Positions 54,002 to 63,333 of a stretch of 64,000 nucleotides of DNA are shown here, piece after piece. The translations under genes were made by a program, and so were the position numbers. Below the pieces are notes generated by a model. The model was not told the origin of the DNA. It saw nothing but the letters and a program-made list of their open reading frames with translations, and ran no database searches. The stretch comes from an uncultured bacterium. GTDB taxonomy: Bacteria; JAUVQV01; DATDCY01. Where the stretch lies: positions 7,858 to 71,857 of the forward strand of contig CAZEOK010000002.1 of NCBI GenBank assembly GCA_964513745.1, read 5' to 3'. Numbering within the stretch: the first letter of the stretch is position 1; each line of letters opens with the position of its first letter.

Positions 54002-54847
54002 CTACATCACGAACGCCGCCGGCGCAAGCGTGAGCGCCAGCAGTGCCGCGGCCGCTGCCCCCAGCATCTTCTCGCGCGCTCCGAGCGGTGAATCCTCCGC
54101 GAGCACCGGCGGGTGGCGCAAGCCCATGAGCAACAGCATTCCGCCCCAGAGAAACCAGCCCCACCAGAAAAATCCGAGCGGGGCGAGTGCGAGCACGACC
54201 AGCCGCGATATCCCTTCCTGACGGCGCCCCGCAAGCGCGTAGAGGACATGCCCGCCGTCGAGTTGGCCGACGGGGAGCAGGTTGATAGCCGTCACGAAGA
54301 AGCCGATCCAGGCCGCGAAGGCAACCGGATGCAGCACCAGGGTCGCGTTCTGCGGCAGCGATCCCAGCACCAGACGTTCCAGCAGCGCAAACAGCAGTGA
54401 ATTCCCCAGCCCGATCCCGGGTGAAGCACCGCTTCCGGTGCTCGCTGCCGCGGCATGGACGACCACGCGGGAAAGCCGCAACCCTGACACCGCCAATGGC
54501 AGCGCCACGAGAAAGCCGGCGAGCGGCCCCGCGATCCCGATCTCGAGCAGCGATCGGCGATCGGGGATCGGGGACTCGATACGGATAACCGCGCCGAACG
54601 TCCCCGCCAGCGTCGGCGCCGGTATGAACAGCGGCAGGCTCGCGCGCACACCGTGGCGATGCGAGGTGATGTAGTGCGAGAACTCGTGAGCGAGCAGTAT
54701 CACGAGGATCGACGCCGAGAACGGGACGCCCTCCAGGAGCGCCGCCGGGTCGGCGAAGGGATCGGCGCCAGCCAGCAGGCTCCCGGCGCCCAGCGTGGTG
54801 ACGACCGTGGCCAGGAACATCAGGATCGGGATCCGCTTATCCCTCAC
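54002..54847 (-). CDS. M50-family site-2 protease-like membrane metallopeptidase
   Basis: HEFSHY (HExxH) in a TM helix and NLLPVGQLDGGHV second motif. Multi-TM. Starts 18 nt after the ptsI stop. Confidence 0.85.
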   Translation of the reverse strand: MRDKRIPILMFLATVVTTLGAGSLLAGADPFADPAALLEGVPFSASILVILLAHEFSHYITSHRHGVRASLPLFIPAPTLAGTFGAVIRIESPIPDRRSLLEIGIAGPLAGFLVALPLAVSGLRLSRVVVHAAAASTGSGASPGIGLGNSLLFALLERLVLGSLPQNATLVLHPVAFAAWIGFFVTAINLLPVGQLDGGHVLYALAGRRQEGISRLVVLALAPLGFFWWGWFLWGGMLLLMGLRHPPVLAEDSPLGAREKMLGAAAAALLALTLAPAAFVM

Positions 54848-54865
54848 GAGGGTCGCGCCACCCCG

Positions 54866-56647
54866 CTAGATCAGACACACCTGCCTCCCGTCGTCGGTGA
54901 TGTCGTCGGGAAAGCGTCGGATCATCTCGCTTTTTATGTACTGCTCGCCCTCCCAGGCCGTGCCGAACTGCGTGAGCGCGACCGCCAGTTGCTGCGCATC
55001 GGCCAGCCGCGTGGCCCGGACGATCTTCTTCACGCGCGGCAGCGAGACGGCGTTCATGCTCAGCGAATCGATGCCCATGCCGATCAGCAGCTGGGTGTAG
55101 ATCGGCTCGCCGGCCATCTCGCCGCACATCGCCACGGGAATTCCCTGCGTGTGCGCCGCGCGCACCGTCTCGCGGATGATCCGCAGGACCGCCGGGTGCA
55201 GCGGGCGGTAGAGGTAGGCCACGTGCTCGTTGACCCGGTCGATTGCCAGCGCGTACTGGATCAGGTCGTTGGTGCCGATCGAGAAGAAGTCGGCCTCGCT
55301 CGCCAGGATGTCGGCGATGATCGCCGCGGCGGGCGTCTCGATCATCACGCCGACCTCGAGTCCGCGATCGTAGGGCAGGCCCCGCTGGTCGAGACCCTGC
55401 GCTACTTCCCCGAGGATCTCGCGCGCCTGGCGGAGCTCCGAGAGCTCGGAAACCATCGGGAACATGACCCGGAGCTTGCCGTGGGCGCTCGCCCGCAGGA
55501 TGCCGGCGAGCTGCGTCTTGAAGGCGGTGACCTCGCGCAGACAGAAGCGGATGGCGCGCAGGCCGAGCGCGGGATTCATCTCCTTGGCCAGGGGGACCTG
55601 GGAGAGGAACTTGTCCCCGCCCAGATCAAACGTGCGGATCGTCGCCGGCCTCGGGCGGATCGACTCGATCAGGTGCCGGTAGAGGCCGTAGTGCTCGTCC
55701 TCGGTCGGCATGTCGGAACGATTGAAGTAAATGAACTCCGTCCGGTAGAGCCCGATGCCGGCGGCCCCGTGCTCGAGTACCGAGGGGATCTCCTCCGGCA
55801 ACTCGATGTTCGCCTCCAGCCCAACGCGGTACCCCTCGAGCGTCTCGGCGGGCAGCTCGCGCAGCTTGTGCAATTCGACATCGTAGCGGTGGTAGCGGCG
55901 CTTCAGCGCCGCGTAGTGCCGCACGGTCTCCTCGTCCGGATGCAGGTAGAGCTGCCCGGTGTTGCCGTCGATGATCAGCGGGTCGCCGTTCTCGACCCGC
56001 CGGGTGATGTCCTCGAGGCCGACCACCGCCGGGATTTCCAGCGAGCGTGCAACAATGGCGGTGTGCGAGGTCTTCCCGCCCATGTCGATGGCGAAACCCC
56101 GCACCCATTCCTTGCGCATCTGCGCCGTGTCCGACGGAGAGAGATCGCGCGCGAGGACAATCACGCCCTCGGGAATCTGGGTGACCTGTTCGTGAGGCTC
56201 GCCCACCAGGTTGCGCAGCACCCGCTGGCCGATGTCCTCCATGTCACCGGCTTTCTCGCGCAGGTAGGCCTCGTCGATGGCTGCGAAGGCTTCGCGGAAA
56301 CGCGCGATCACCTGTTGGAGCGCCCACTCGGCGTTCGCGCGCTCGTCGCGGATGAGCTTCGCGACGCCGTCGACGAGCATGCGGTCCTTGAGCATCAGCA
56401 GGTGGGCATCCAGGATGTAGACGTGCTGCGGACCGAGATCCCGGGCGAGCCGGCGCCTGAAAGAGCGCAGCTGGGAGGCCGAGGCGGCTACCGCGGCGCG
56501 GAAGCGGCGGATCTCGCGGGCGACTTCACCGGGCGGGATCTCCCAGCGATGCGCGGCGTAATCCGTCTTCTCGAGGACGAAGGCCGGCCCGATGGCGATG
56601 CCGGGGGAAACCCCGATGCCGACGACGCTCACCATCTGGTGCGCCAC
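54866..56647 (-). CDS. ptsI: phosphoenolpyruvate-protein phosphotransferase (PTS enzyme I)
   Basis: GVSPGIAIGPAFV N-terminus, active-site GGKTSHTAIVARSL, C-terminal PEP-utilising domain GTNDLIQY...CGEMAG. Confidence 0.95.
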   Translation of the reverse strand: MAHQMVSVVGIGVSPGIAIGPAFVLEKTDYAAHRWEIPPGEVAREIRRFRAAVAASASQLRSFRRRLARDLGPQHVYILDAHLLMLKDRMLVDGVAKLIRDERANAEWALQQVIARFREAFAAIDEAYLREKAGDMEDIGQRVLRNLVGEPHEQVTQIPEGVIVLARDLSPSDTAQMRKEWVRGFAIDMGGKTSHTAIVARSLEIPAVVGLEDITRRVENGDPLIIDGNTGQLYLHPDEETVRHYAALKRRYHRYDVELHKLRELPAETLEGYRVGLEANIELPEEIPSVLEHGAAGIGLYRTEFIYFNRSDMPTEDEHYGLYRHLIESIRPRPATIRTFDLGGDKFLSQVPLAKEMNPALGLRAIRFCLREVTAFKTQLAGILRASAHGKLRVMFPMVSELSELRQAREILGEVAQGLDQRGLPYDRGLEVGVMIETPAAAIIADILASEADFFSIGTNDLIQYALAIDRVNEHVAYLYRPLHPAVLRIIRETVRAAHTQGIPVAMCGEMAGEPIYTQLLIGMGIDSLSMNAVSLPRVKKIVRATRLADAQQLAVALTQFGTAWEGEQYIKSEMIRRFPDDITDDGRQVCLI

Positions 56648-56650
56648 CTG

Positions 56651-56920
56651 CTACTGCTCCTCGTGAAAGCGGTTGCTGATCAGCGACTCCACGGCGGACA
56701 TCGCCTGAGCCTCGTCCTCGCCGTCGGCGGTGATGGTGACCGTGTGCCCCTTCGCGGCGGCCAGCAACATCAGCCCCATGATGCTCTTGGCGCTGGCGCT
56801 GGCGCCGGCCCTCTCGACGGTGATCCGCGACTTGAAGTCGCATGCGGTCTTCACGAGGTGGCTGGCCGCACGAGCGTGCAGACCCAATTTGTTCACGATC
56901 GGCAGATCCTTGCGGATCAT
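56651..56920 (-). CDS. ptsH: phosphocarrier protein HPr
   Basis: 89 aa starting MIRKDLPIVNKLGLHARAAS (His15 context) with SAKSIMGLM (Ser46 context). ATGA overlap with the IID stop. The longer ORF 56651..57229 is an artefact. Confidence 0.9.
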   Translation of the reverse strand: MIRKDLPIVNKLGLHARAASHLVKTACDFKSRITVERAGASASAKSIMGLMLLAAAKGHTVTITADGEDEAQAMSAVESLISNRFHEEQ

Positions 56921-57663
56921 GGCGTACTCACCACGCGAACGGCCCCCGTAACGGCGGCGATCGCCGAGATGCACGCCAGCAATCGTCCCTGGTCCAGACC
57001 CCTGCTCTGGATGGCCAGCAGCACCCCGAACACAGCGACCGTCGTGCCTGCCGAAGCCAGCCCCTGTCCGGGGAACAATCCCCACGACCCGTAAGCCCCC
57101 GCTCCAATGAAATAACCGGCGACGACCGTGGTTGCGGCGCCCAGGACCGGAACTGCCCGTGACAACGGCCGCCGCTGGAGCGTCTCGACAACCAGCTTGC
57201 CTCGGGCAAGCCCCGCATTGATTCCCCACACGCGCACGGCGACATGAGGGACATTGTAGAGCGCGAGCATGATCAAGGGCGCCCAGACGAAGCCGGCGAT
57301 GGCTGCCGGCAGCGCGGCAACGGCAGCGAACGGGCGCAGGGTAGCCCAGAAAAACTCGTCACCGACGGCGCCGAGGGCGCACATCAGGGAGACTTTGAGG
57401 CCGTCGATGGCCTGCTCAGTAGTGCCGCGCTGTTCTTCCCTGACCACGGTCGCCGCGACGAGGCCAGCGAAGTAGGGATGCGTGTTGAAGGTACTCAGGC
57501 GCCGCAGCCCGGTCTGCGCCCGTTCCGGCGCCCGCTGTCGTCGCTGAGCAAGGGCCGGCCAGGTCATGAAGAAAAACCCGAGGTTTTGCAGACCCTCGAA
57601 GTTCCAGGACGTCTGCACGAGCAGGCTGCGCACCAGCATGCGCCATCTCAACGAAACCGCCAT
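56917..57663 (-). CDS. PTS mannose/fructose/sorbose-family IID component
   Basis: LLVQTSWNFEGLQNLGFFF, FNTHPYFAG and GAVGDEFFWATLRP match ManZ-type motifs. Start at MAVSLRW (57663). Confidence 0.8.
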   Translation of the reverse strand: MAVSLRWRMLVRSLLVQTSWNFEGLQNLGFFFMTWPALAQRRQRAPERAQTGLRRLSTFNTHPYFAGLVAATVVREEQRGTTEQAIDGLKVSLMCALGAVGDEFFWATLRPFAAVAALPAAIAGFVWAPLIMLALYNVPHVAVRVWGINAGLARGKLVVETLQRRPLSRAVPVLGAATTVVAGYFIGAGAYGSWGLFPGQGLASAGTTVAVFGVLLAIQSRGLDQGRLLACISAIAAVTGAVRVVSTP

Positions 57664-57670
57664 GTCGTGC

Positions 57671-58354
57671 TCAGGCCATCGCTTGCGTGAGGATGACACC
57701 GCCAGCGATTCCGGCACCCAACAACAGGGGCCAGCCGGGCTGCCGTCGCCGTGAGACCAGCGCTGCCAGGCCGATCAGCGGAACGCACCGGGCAAAAAGG
57801 GCGAAAACCGGCGCTGCAGCTGCGGCCCGGCTCATTCCCGCCCCGCCCCAGAAAGCGACTGCGCCGAGAACCGCCAGCGCCAAGAGGAAAGCCCGGAGGA
57901 AAAAGAAAATCAGTCCGCCGTTGGCCGCCGCCTGGGCCAGACGCTCATGTCCTTGCTCCAGCAGATTCCCGGTGATGCGCACCCAGATCCGGTTTGCCCG
58001 CCGCACGCGCACGTCGGCAAACCGTGCCAGGATGGCCACCGGGAGGAAGCCCGCCGCGATCAGACCGAGCAGCGACTGTTCACCCCACCCGGCGGGCTGC
58101 CCGAGCGAGAGAAACGTTGCCGTGCCGATGAGACCCGCGAGCGCGGTGTCGGGAGGAATGCTCGCTCCAACCGGCAGGTCGGTCAGGCAGAGAAACTGGA
58201 AAAAGGCGCCAGCGAGCAGACCCGAGCCGATATCGCCGGCGCTCCAACCGAGGACGGCTCCTCCGACCAGGGGCTGTGAAATCAGCACCTGGGCGACTGC
58301 GGTCTGGTCGAGGCCGAGCAACCCTACGATGACCGCGGCGCCGGCGGTGTTCAC
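57671..58354 (-). CDS. PTS mannose-family IIC component
   Basis: Hydrophobic 227-aa protein (GLLGLDQTAVAQVLISQPLVGG...) between IIB and IID. GTG at 58354 overlaps the IIB stop (GTGA). Confidence 0.72.
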   Translation of the reverse strand: MNTAGAAVIVGLLGLDQTAVAQVLISQPLVGGAVLGWSAGDIGSGLLAGAFFQFLCLTDLPVGASIPPDTALAGLIGTATFLSLGQPAGWGEQSLLGLIAAGFLPVAILARFADVRVRRANRIWVRITGNLLEQGHERLAQAAANGGLIFFFLRAFLLALAVLGAVAFWGGAGMSRAAAAAPVFALFARCVPLIGLAALVSRRRQPGWPLLLGAGIAGGVILTQAMA

Positions 58355-58833
58355 TCTTCTCCTTCTTTCAGCTGCCGCGGCAGGGCGCAGGAGCGATCGC
58401 GCGGCATCTGGCGCACGTCGACCTCGACGCCGCGCCGGCAGAACTCGCGCAGGATGGCGCAGTCGTCGCTGTCCAGGGTGACCCCGTCGCAGAGACACAC
58501 CCGGCCCGCATCATGGCGCAGGCCGCCGATGTTCAACCGGGCAACCGGGAGGCCCGCATTCATCGCCCGACGTGCATCCTGGAGGCTTTCAAAGAGCATG
58601 ATCACCGTGTCGCGGTCCCAGCCCGCGCTTGCGCCGCGGCGGGCAGCCTCCGCGACGGGGACGACTTCGAGGCGAACGTTCGAAGCGCCGGCCTGAAGGA
58701 TCGAGGAAAGCAGCGGGTCGGCGGCAATCCGGTCGTTGGCGATGACCACGACGGTCGCGCGCAGGTGGGGCACCCAGCCGACGGAAATCTGCCCGTGCAT
58801 GAGACGGTCGTCAACGCGGGCCAGCGCGATCAT
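58351..58833 (-). CDS. PTS mannose/sorbose-family IIB component
   Basis: MIALARVDDRLMHGQISVGW (phospho-His context), 160 aa. Confidence 0.85.
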   Translation of the reverse strand: MIALARVDDRLMHGQISVGWVPHLRATVVVIANDRIAADPLLSSILQAGASNVRLEVVPVAEAARRGASAGWDRDTVIMLFESLQDARRAMNAGLPVARLNIGGLRHDAGRVCLCDGVTLDSDDCAILREFCRRGVEVDVRQMPRDRSCALPRQLKEGEE

Positions 58834-59261
58834 GGCCGGGAGCCTGTGCCGTTCGGGTCGGGGCCGGCGAGCGCCTCGCTGGCGACGATGATCGCGCCGC
58901 GACCGACCTTCTTGACCTGGGCGGCGGTCTCGCGCAGGCCCGAGTCCCGCCGCGCCTGCACGGCCTTGAGGAGCATCGGCAGACTGACGCCGGAGACCAC
59001 TTCCACCGGGCGCGTGCCGCCCATGAGCGCCAGGCAGAGGTTCGAGGGCGTGCCTCCGAGCATGTCGGTCAACACGAGGGCTCCGTCGCCGGCGTCGGCG
59101 CTGCCGAGGGCCTCCTGGAGGCGCGAGCTGGCGTCTTCAAGCCGGTCGGTGACCTGGAGCGACAGCGAAGCCATGAGCGGCTGCTCGCCGACGATCATCG
59201 CCATCGCCCCAATGAGCGCCCGCCCGAGTTCTCCGTGGGTCGCGAGCATGATCCCGATCAT
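58830..59261 (-). CDS. PTS mannose-family IIA component
   Basis: ATG at 59261 lies 6 nt after AGGAGG. MIGIMLATHGELG (phospho-His context) and LVLTDMLGGTPSN. Confidence 0.8.
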   Translation of the reverse strand: MIGIMLATHGELGRALIGAMAMIVGEQPLMASLSLQVTDRLEDASSRLQEALGSADAGDGALVLTDMLGGTPSNLCLALMGGTRPVEVVSGVSLPMLLKAVQARRDSGLRETAAQVKKVGRGAIIVASEALAGPDPNGTGSRP

Positions 59262-59291
59262 CAGCCCCCTCCTCGCCCCGCGCAATGCGCG

Positions 59292-60257
59292 CTAATCGCC
59301 CTGAAGGTCCCTGTTGCGCACGGTGACACGGAAACCCTGGCCCGTCAGCGCCCCGGCGACGACCCGCGCGATGACCGGGGAGCGATGCCGGCCCCCGGTG
59401 CAACCGATCGCAATCGTCAGGTACGCCCGTCCGTCGGCGCGGTAGAGCGGCACCAGGTAGTTGAGGAACGGGAGAAAGGCTCCCAAGAACGAGACGGCCT
59501 CGGGTCGCCCGAGGACGAAGTCGTTCACCGGCTCGTCCAGCCCGCTGAGATGCTTGAGCCCCGCTTCGAAGAAAGGGTTGCGGATGAAACGGACATCGAA
59601 GACCAGGTCGGCCTCCGCGGGGACGCCGTATTTGAAGCCGAAGGAGAACACCGTGACGGTCAGGTCTCCGGCGGGACGCGCATCCCGCGCTATGGAGAGC
59701 ATCCGCTCGCGCAGATCCCGTATGCGCATCTGCGAAGTGTCCACGACCTGGTCCGCCAAGGCCCGAAGCGGCTCGAGCTCCTGGCGCTCGGCGCGAATGG
59801 CCTCCACGAGAGGCAGGCCGCCGCCGAGGGGGTGCACCCGACGCGTCTCGCTGAACCGGCGCACGAGGACGTTCTCGGTGGCCTCGAGGAACAGCAGCCT
59901 GATCCCGATCCCCCGGGCGCGCGCCGACCGGTAGACGCCGGGGAACCGTTGGACGAAGCTGCGCTCCCGGATGTCCATGCCGAGCACGACCAGATCCAGA
60001 TCCAGCGTGCTGCGGTGCGTGAGCTCCAGCATCCGCGGCAGCAGCGCGGTCGGCAGGTTGTCGACGCAGTAGGCGCCCAGGTCCTCGAGCGCCTTGACGG
60101 CGGAGCTCCTGCCGGACCCGGAGAGACCCGTGATGACGAGGAACTCGGCCCCCGGGGCGGTGACGCCGGGCTTCTGCGCCTTGCGGCGCCGGGCGGCGCG
60201 CGCCGCGCTGTCGGCCCCAACCCTGCCGGACTTCGCCGACGGCCGCGCCGCCTTCAT
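59292..60257 (-). CDS. rapZ: RNase adapter / nucleotide-binding protein RapZ (YvcJ/YhbJ family)
   Basis: FLVITGLSGSGRSSAVKALEDLGAYCVDNLP and C-terminal IGCTGGRHRS motif. The ATG at 60257 overlaps the hprK stop (ATGA) and gives a basic N-terminal extension of about 35 aa. Confidence 0.9.
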   Translation of the reverse strand: MKAARPSAKSGRVGADSAARAARRRKAQKPGVTAPGAEFLVITGLSGSGRSSAVKALEDLGAYCVDNLPTALLPRMLELTHRSTLDLDLVVLGMDIRERSFVQRFPGVYRSARARGIGIRLLFLEATENVLVRRFSETRRVHPLGGGLPLVEAIRAERQELEPLRALADQVVDTSQMRIRDLRERMLSIARDARPAGDLTVTVFSFGFKYGVPAEADLVFDVRFIRNPFFEAGLKHLSGLDEPVNDFVLGRPEAVSFLGAFLPFLNYLVPLYRADGRAYLTIAIGCTGGRHRSPVIARVVAGALTGQGFRVTVRNRDLQGD

Positions 60258-61264
60258 GCCCCGCCCCCGCGCGTCTGCTGGAGCAGGCGCCGGTTGAGTT
60301 CGCGCGCGGTGTGGTATCCCTGCTTCTTGAGCAGGTGGTTCCTCGCGGCGAGCTCGAGGATGACGGCGATGTTCCTCCCCGGGCTGACCGGGATGCGCAG
60401 GTCGTTGACCGGGATGTCGAGCAGCTTCCGGTAGTGCTCGTCGAGTCCCAGCCGGTCGTAGTGAGCGCCGGTGTTCCATTCCTCGAGCTGGACGACGAGC
60501 TCGATCTCCGCCGTGGCGAGCACCGCGGCCACCCCGAACAGCTCCTTGACGTCGATGATGCCGATACCACGAATCTCCATATGGTAGCGGGCGAGCCCCG
60601 AGCCGCTGCCCATCAGGGAGCGGTTCTCTCCCCGGTGGACGATGACCATGTCGTCCGCGATGAGGCGGTGACCGCGGGTGACGAGCTCGAGCGCGCTCTC
60701 GCTCTTGCCGATGCCGCTGGGACCGAGGATCAGGACTCCGACGCCGAAGATCTCCACGAGCACCCCGTGTACGGTGATCTCGGCCCCGAGGCGGTTGCGC
60801 AGGAAAAACACGAGGCGACTGAGGCTGGTCGTCAGGGACTCCCGGGTGACCAGCAGCGGAAGCGAGGCCTCGCGCGAGAGCGTGACAATCCCCTCGGGAA
60901 CCGGATGACTGCGCGAGAGCACGAGGCCGGCGATTGGCTCGGCGACAAGCGACCGTGCCAGCCGGCGACGGTCGCTCGGCGCCAATCGGTCCAGACGGGC
61001 CAGCGCCGCCGGACCAGCAGCCATGAGGCAGTCGCTCCCACCGAACCGGGGAGCACCATCCGAGCCGAAGCCGAGCCTGCGGACGCTCGGGCAGCGGATC
61101 GGACGCTCGAGACCCTGGCTTCCCGAAAAATACTCAAGGCCGAGGTGCGGGGTGCCGAGAAGCTCGCGTACCGTGAGATACGAGGCGGTTGGTGAAACAC
61201 GTCCCACCGGGAGATCGCTTGGCAGGGCGCGCACCGGCACAGCCATGCTCTTCCTGACGGACAC
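60254..61264 (-). CDS. hprK: HPr kinase/phosphorylase
   Basis: HGVLVEIFGVGVLILGPSGIGKSESALELVTRGHRLIADD P-loop region. 336 aa. Confidence 0.92.
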   Translation of the reverse strand: MSVRKSMAVPVRALPSDLPVGRVSPTASYLTVRELLGTPHLGLEYFSGSQGLERPIRCPSVRRLGFGSDGAPRFGGSDCLMAAGPAALARLDRLAPSDRRRLARSLVAEPIAGLVLSRSHPVPEGIVTLSREASLPLLVTRESLTTSLSRLVFFLRNRLGAEITVHGVLVEIFGVGVLILGPSGIGKSESALELVTRGHRLIADDMVIVHRGENRSLMGSGSGLARYHMEIRGIGIIDVKELFGVAAVLATAEIELVVQLEEWNTGAHYDRLGLDEHYRKLLDIPVNDLRIPVSPGRNIAVILELAARNHLLKKQGYHTARELNRRLLQQTRGGGA

Positions 61265-61311
61265 CAGATCGGCTGTTCGCGGTCGACCGTCGCGATGGTT
61301 CGTCGCGCGAC

Positions 61312-61842
61312 CTAGGCCGGGGGCTGGACGAGCCCGAAGTTGCCGTCGCCCCGCTTGTAGATAACGTTCACCAGGCCGTTCTTGGCATTGTGGAAGACCA
61401 GGAAAACCTCCGGGCGGCCCTGGAGGTCCTCGACGGCCTCATCGATGCTCAATGGCTTGGGCGCGAATGTTTCCGCGACGAAGACCCGCGCGCGCGGGGG
61501 GGCGACCTCTTCCTCGGGCTCGGCGCCACCGGTGGCCTCGATGGCGTGCTTGTGGTCCTTGATCCTGTCCTTGAGACGCTTGGCCTGGATCTCGATCTTG
61601 TCGAGAACCAGGTCGATCGCGGAATACATGTCGTGCGTCTCTTCCTTGGCATGCAGCGTGGCACCGTGCGATTGAACGACGACCTCGACGATGTGACGGT
61701 ACTTTTCCACGGCAACGGTGACGTGAGCGGAGGAGATCTTGTCGAGATACTTGCAGGCCCTGCCGATCTTCTCGGTGACGTAGTCCCTGATCGGGTCGGT
61801 GATCTCGATGTGTCTGCCGGTGATCGTGATGGGCATTTCCAT
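61312..61842 (-). CDS. hpf: ribosome hibernation promoting factor (long HPF)
   Basis: ATG at 61842 lies 8 nt after AAGGAGGA. MEMPITITGRHIEITDPIRDYV...EETHDMYSAIDLVLDKIE plus a C-terminal dimerisation domain. Follows rpoN. Confidence 0.9.
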   Translation of the reverse strand: MEMPITITGRHIEITDPIRDYVTEKIGRACKYLDKISSAHVTVAVEKYRHIVEVVVQSHGATLHAKEETHDMYSAIDLVLDKIEIQAKRLKDRIKDHKHAIEATGGAEPEEEVAPPRARVFVAETFAPKPLSIDEAVEDLQGRPEVFLVFHNAKNGLVNVIYKRGDGNFGLVQPPA

Positions 61843-61911
61843 GGTCGATGTCCTCCTTGCAGTGAAAATAGCACTCCCCGGGAAAATGTTCAACGTCACA
61901 CCCCGAGGCCG

Positions 61912-63330
61912 TCAGTAAAGCCGCCTGCGACGGTTTGCGGGCGGAATCCGTAAAATGGAGCGGTACTTGGCGACCGTGCGCCGCGCGATGTCCAGGCCGT
62001 GCTCCTGGTTCAACCGACGGACGATCTCCAGGTCGCTGAACGGCCGACGCAGGTCCTCGGCGGAGACGATCTTCTGGAGCAGGTCCTGAACGGAAACGGA
62101 CGACATCGACTCGGCGCCCCCGCTTCGCCCGATGCCGCTGTTGAAGAAGTACTTGAGCTCGAAGAGCCCCTGGGGCGTCTGTGCGTACTTGTTGCTGGTA
62201 ACGCGGCTCACGGTCGACTCGTGCATCTGGATGTCCTCAGCCACCGTTCTGAGCACCAGAGGACGCAGGTGGTCGATGCCGCGGTCGAAGAAATCCCGCT
62301 GGAACCGCACGATGCTGCGGGTCACCTTGAGAATCGTCTCCTGCCGCTGGAGAATGCTCTTGATCAGCCAGCGCGCCGAGTTGACCTTCTTCTCGATGAA
62401 TTCACGGTCGGAGGCCTCGAGCCTGCCGCTGCGATACATCCGGCGATAGAAACCGTTGATCCGAAGCTGCGGCAGCCCGTCTTCGACGAGGCTCACCTGA
62501 TAGTCGTCCCCGTCCTTGACGATGGTGATGTCCGGGACGATGGTCGGCGCCGTATCGCCGGCGAAGACGCGGCCCGGGTGGGGCTCCAGCTCACCGATCG
62601 TCCGCGCGGCAGCCACGACTGCGTCGAGGGAGACCTTCTGGACGCTGGCGATGCGCTTGTACCGCCGGGCTTCGAGATCCGCCAGGTGCTCGCGGACGAG
62701 CCGCTCGGCAAGACCGCCGCCCTGGCCCCGCTGCTCCAGCTGGATGGCCAGACACTCGCCGACGTCGCGTGCCCCGACCCCCGACGGGTCGAACGCCTGA
62801 ACAATGCGCAGCACCCGTGTGACCGCCGCGTCCGGAACGCCGAGCAGTGCGGCGATCTCCTCGGGTGTCGTCTGCAGGTAGCCGTTCTCGTCGATGTTGC
62901 CGACGATTTCCGCCCCGATCAGGCGGTCCTCCTCCGTGGCGACGGCCACGTTCAGCTGCTGCTCGAGATGCTCGGCGAGGCTCTCGGCCCTCGTAAGGGC
63001 GCTCTCGTACTCCGGAGCTTCCTCGGCTCCGCCGCGCTGCTCGGATGATTCGTCGTAGCTCTCGAGATACCGGGTCCAACTCTCGTCGTCGCCGTCGGGA
63101 GACGGTGCCGCGTCCGGCTCGCTTGCGGCGACGGCTACCGGCGCAACCTCGGGGGATGGCCCGATTGGTTCGGCCTGCAACTCCTCGAGTGTCGGATTTT
63201 CGAGAAGCTCCTGACGGATGTACTGCACCAGCTCCTGGCGTGAGTACTGAAGCAGCTTGATCGCCTGCTGAAGCGTCGGGGTCAGCACCAGGCGCTGGGT
63301 CAGGCGCAGGTCGAGTCGAGGCTGCTGCAT
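61912..63330 (-). CDS. rpoN: RNA polymerase sigma-54 factor
   Basis: MQQPRLDLRLTQRLVLTPTLQQAIKLLQ region I, an acidic region II and the RpoN box ARRTVAKYR. Confidence 0.95.
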   Translation of the reverse strand: MQQPRLDLRLTQRLVLTPTLQQAIKLLQYSRQELVQYIRQELLENPTLEELQAEPIGPSPEVAPVAVAASEPDAAPSPDGDDESWTRYLESYDESSEQRGGAEEAPEYESALTRAESLAEHLEQQLNVAVATEEDRLIGAEIVGNIDENGYLQTTPEEIAALLGVPDAAVTRVLRIVQAFDPSGVGARDVGECLAIQLEQRGQGGGLAERLVREHLADLEARRYKRIASVQKVSLDAVVAAARTIGELEPHPGRVFAGDTAPTIVPDITIVKDGDDYQVSLVEDGLPQLRINGFYRRMYRSGRLEASDREFIEKKVNSARWLIKSILQRQETILKVTRSIVRFQRDFFDRGIDHLRPLVLRTVAEDIQMHESTVSRVTSNKYAQTPQGLFELKYFFNSGIGRSGGAESMSSVSVQDLLQKIVSAEDLRRPFSDLEIVRRLNQEHGLDIARRTVAKYRSILRIPPANRRRRLY

Positions 63331-63333
63331 CGG

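Noticed and set aside
54653-57094. 813-aa ORF on the plus strand across the M50 protease, ptsI, ptsH and IID genes
   Set aside because: It is antisense to four well-supported genes. It has low-complexity Arg/Asp/Gly/Leu composition, no motifs and no ribosome-binding site context. This is a high-GC artefact.
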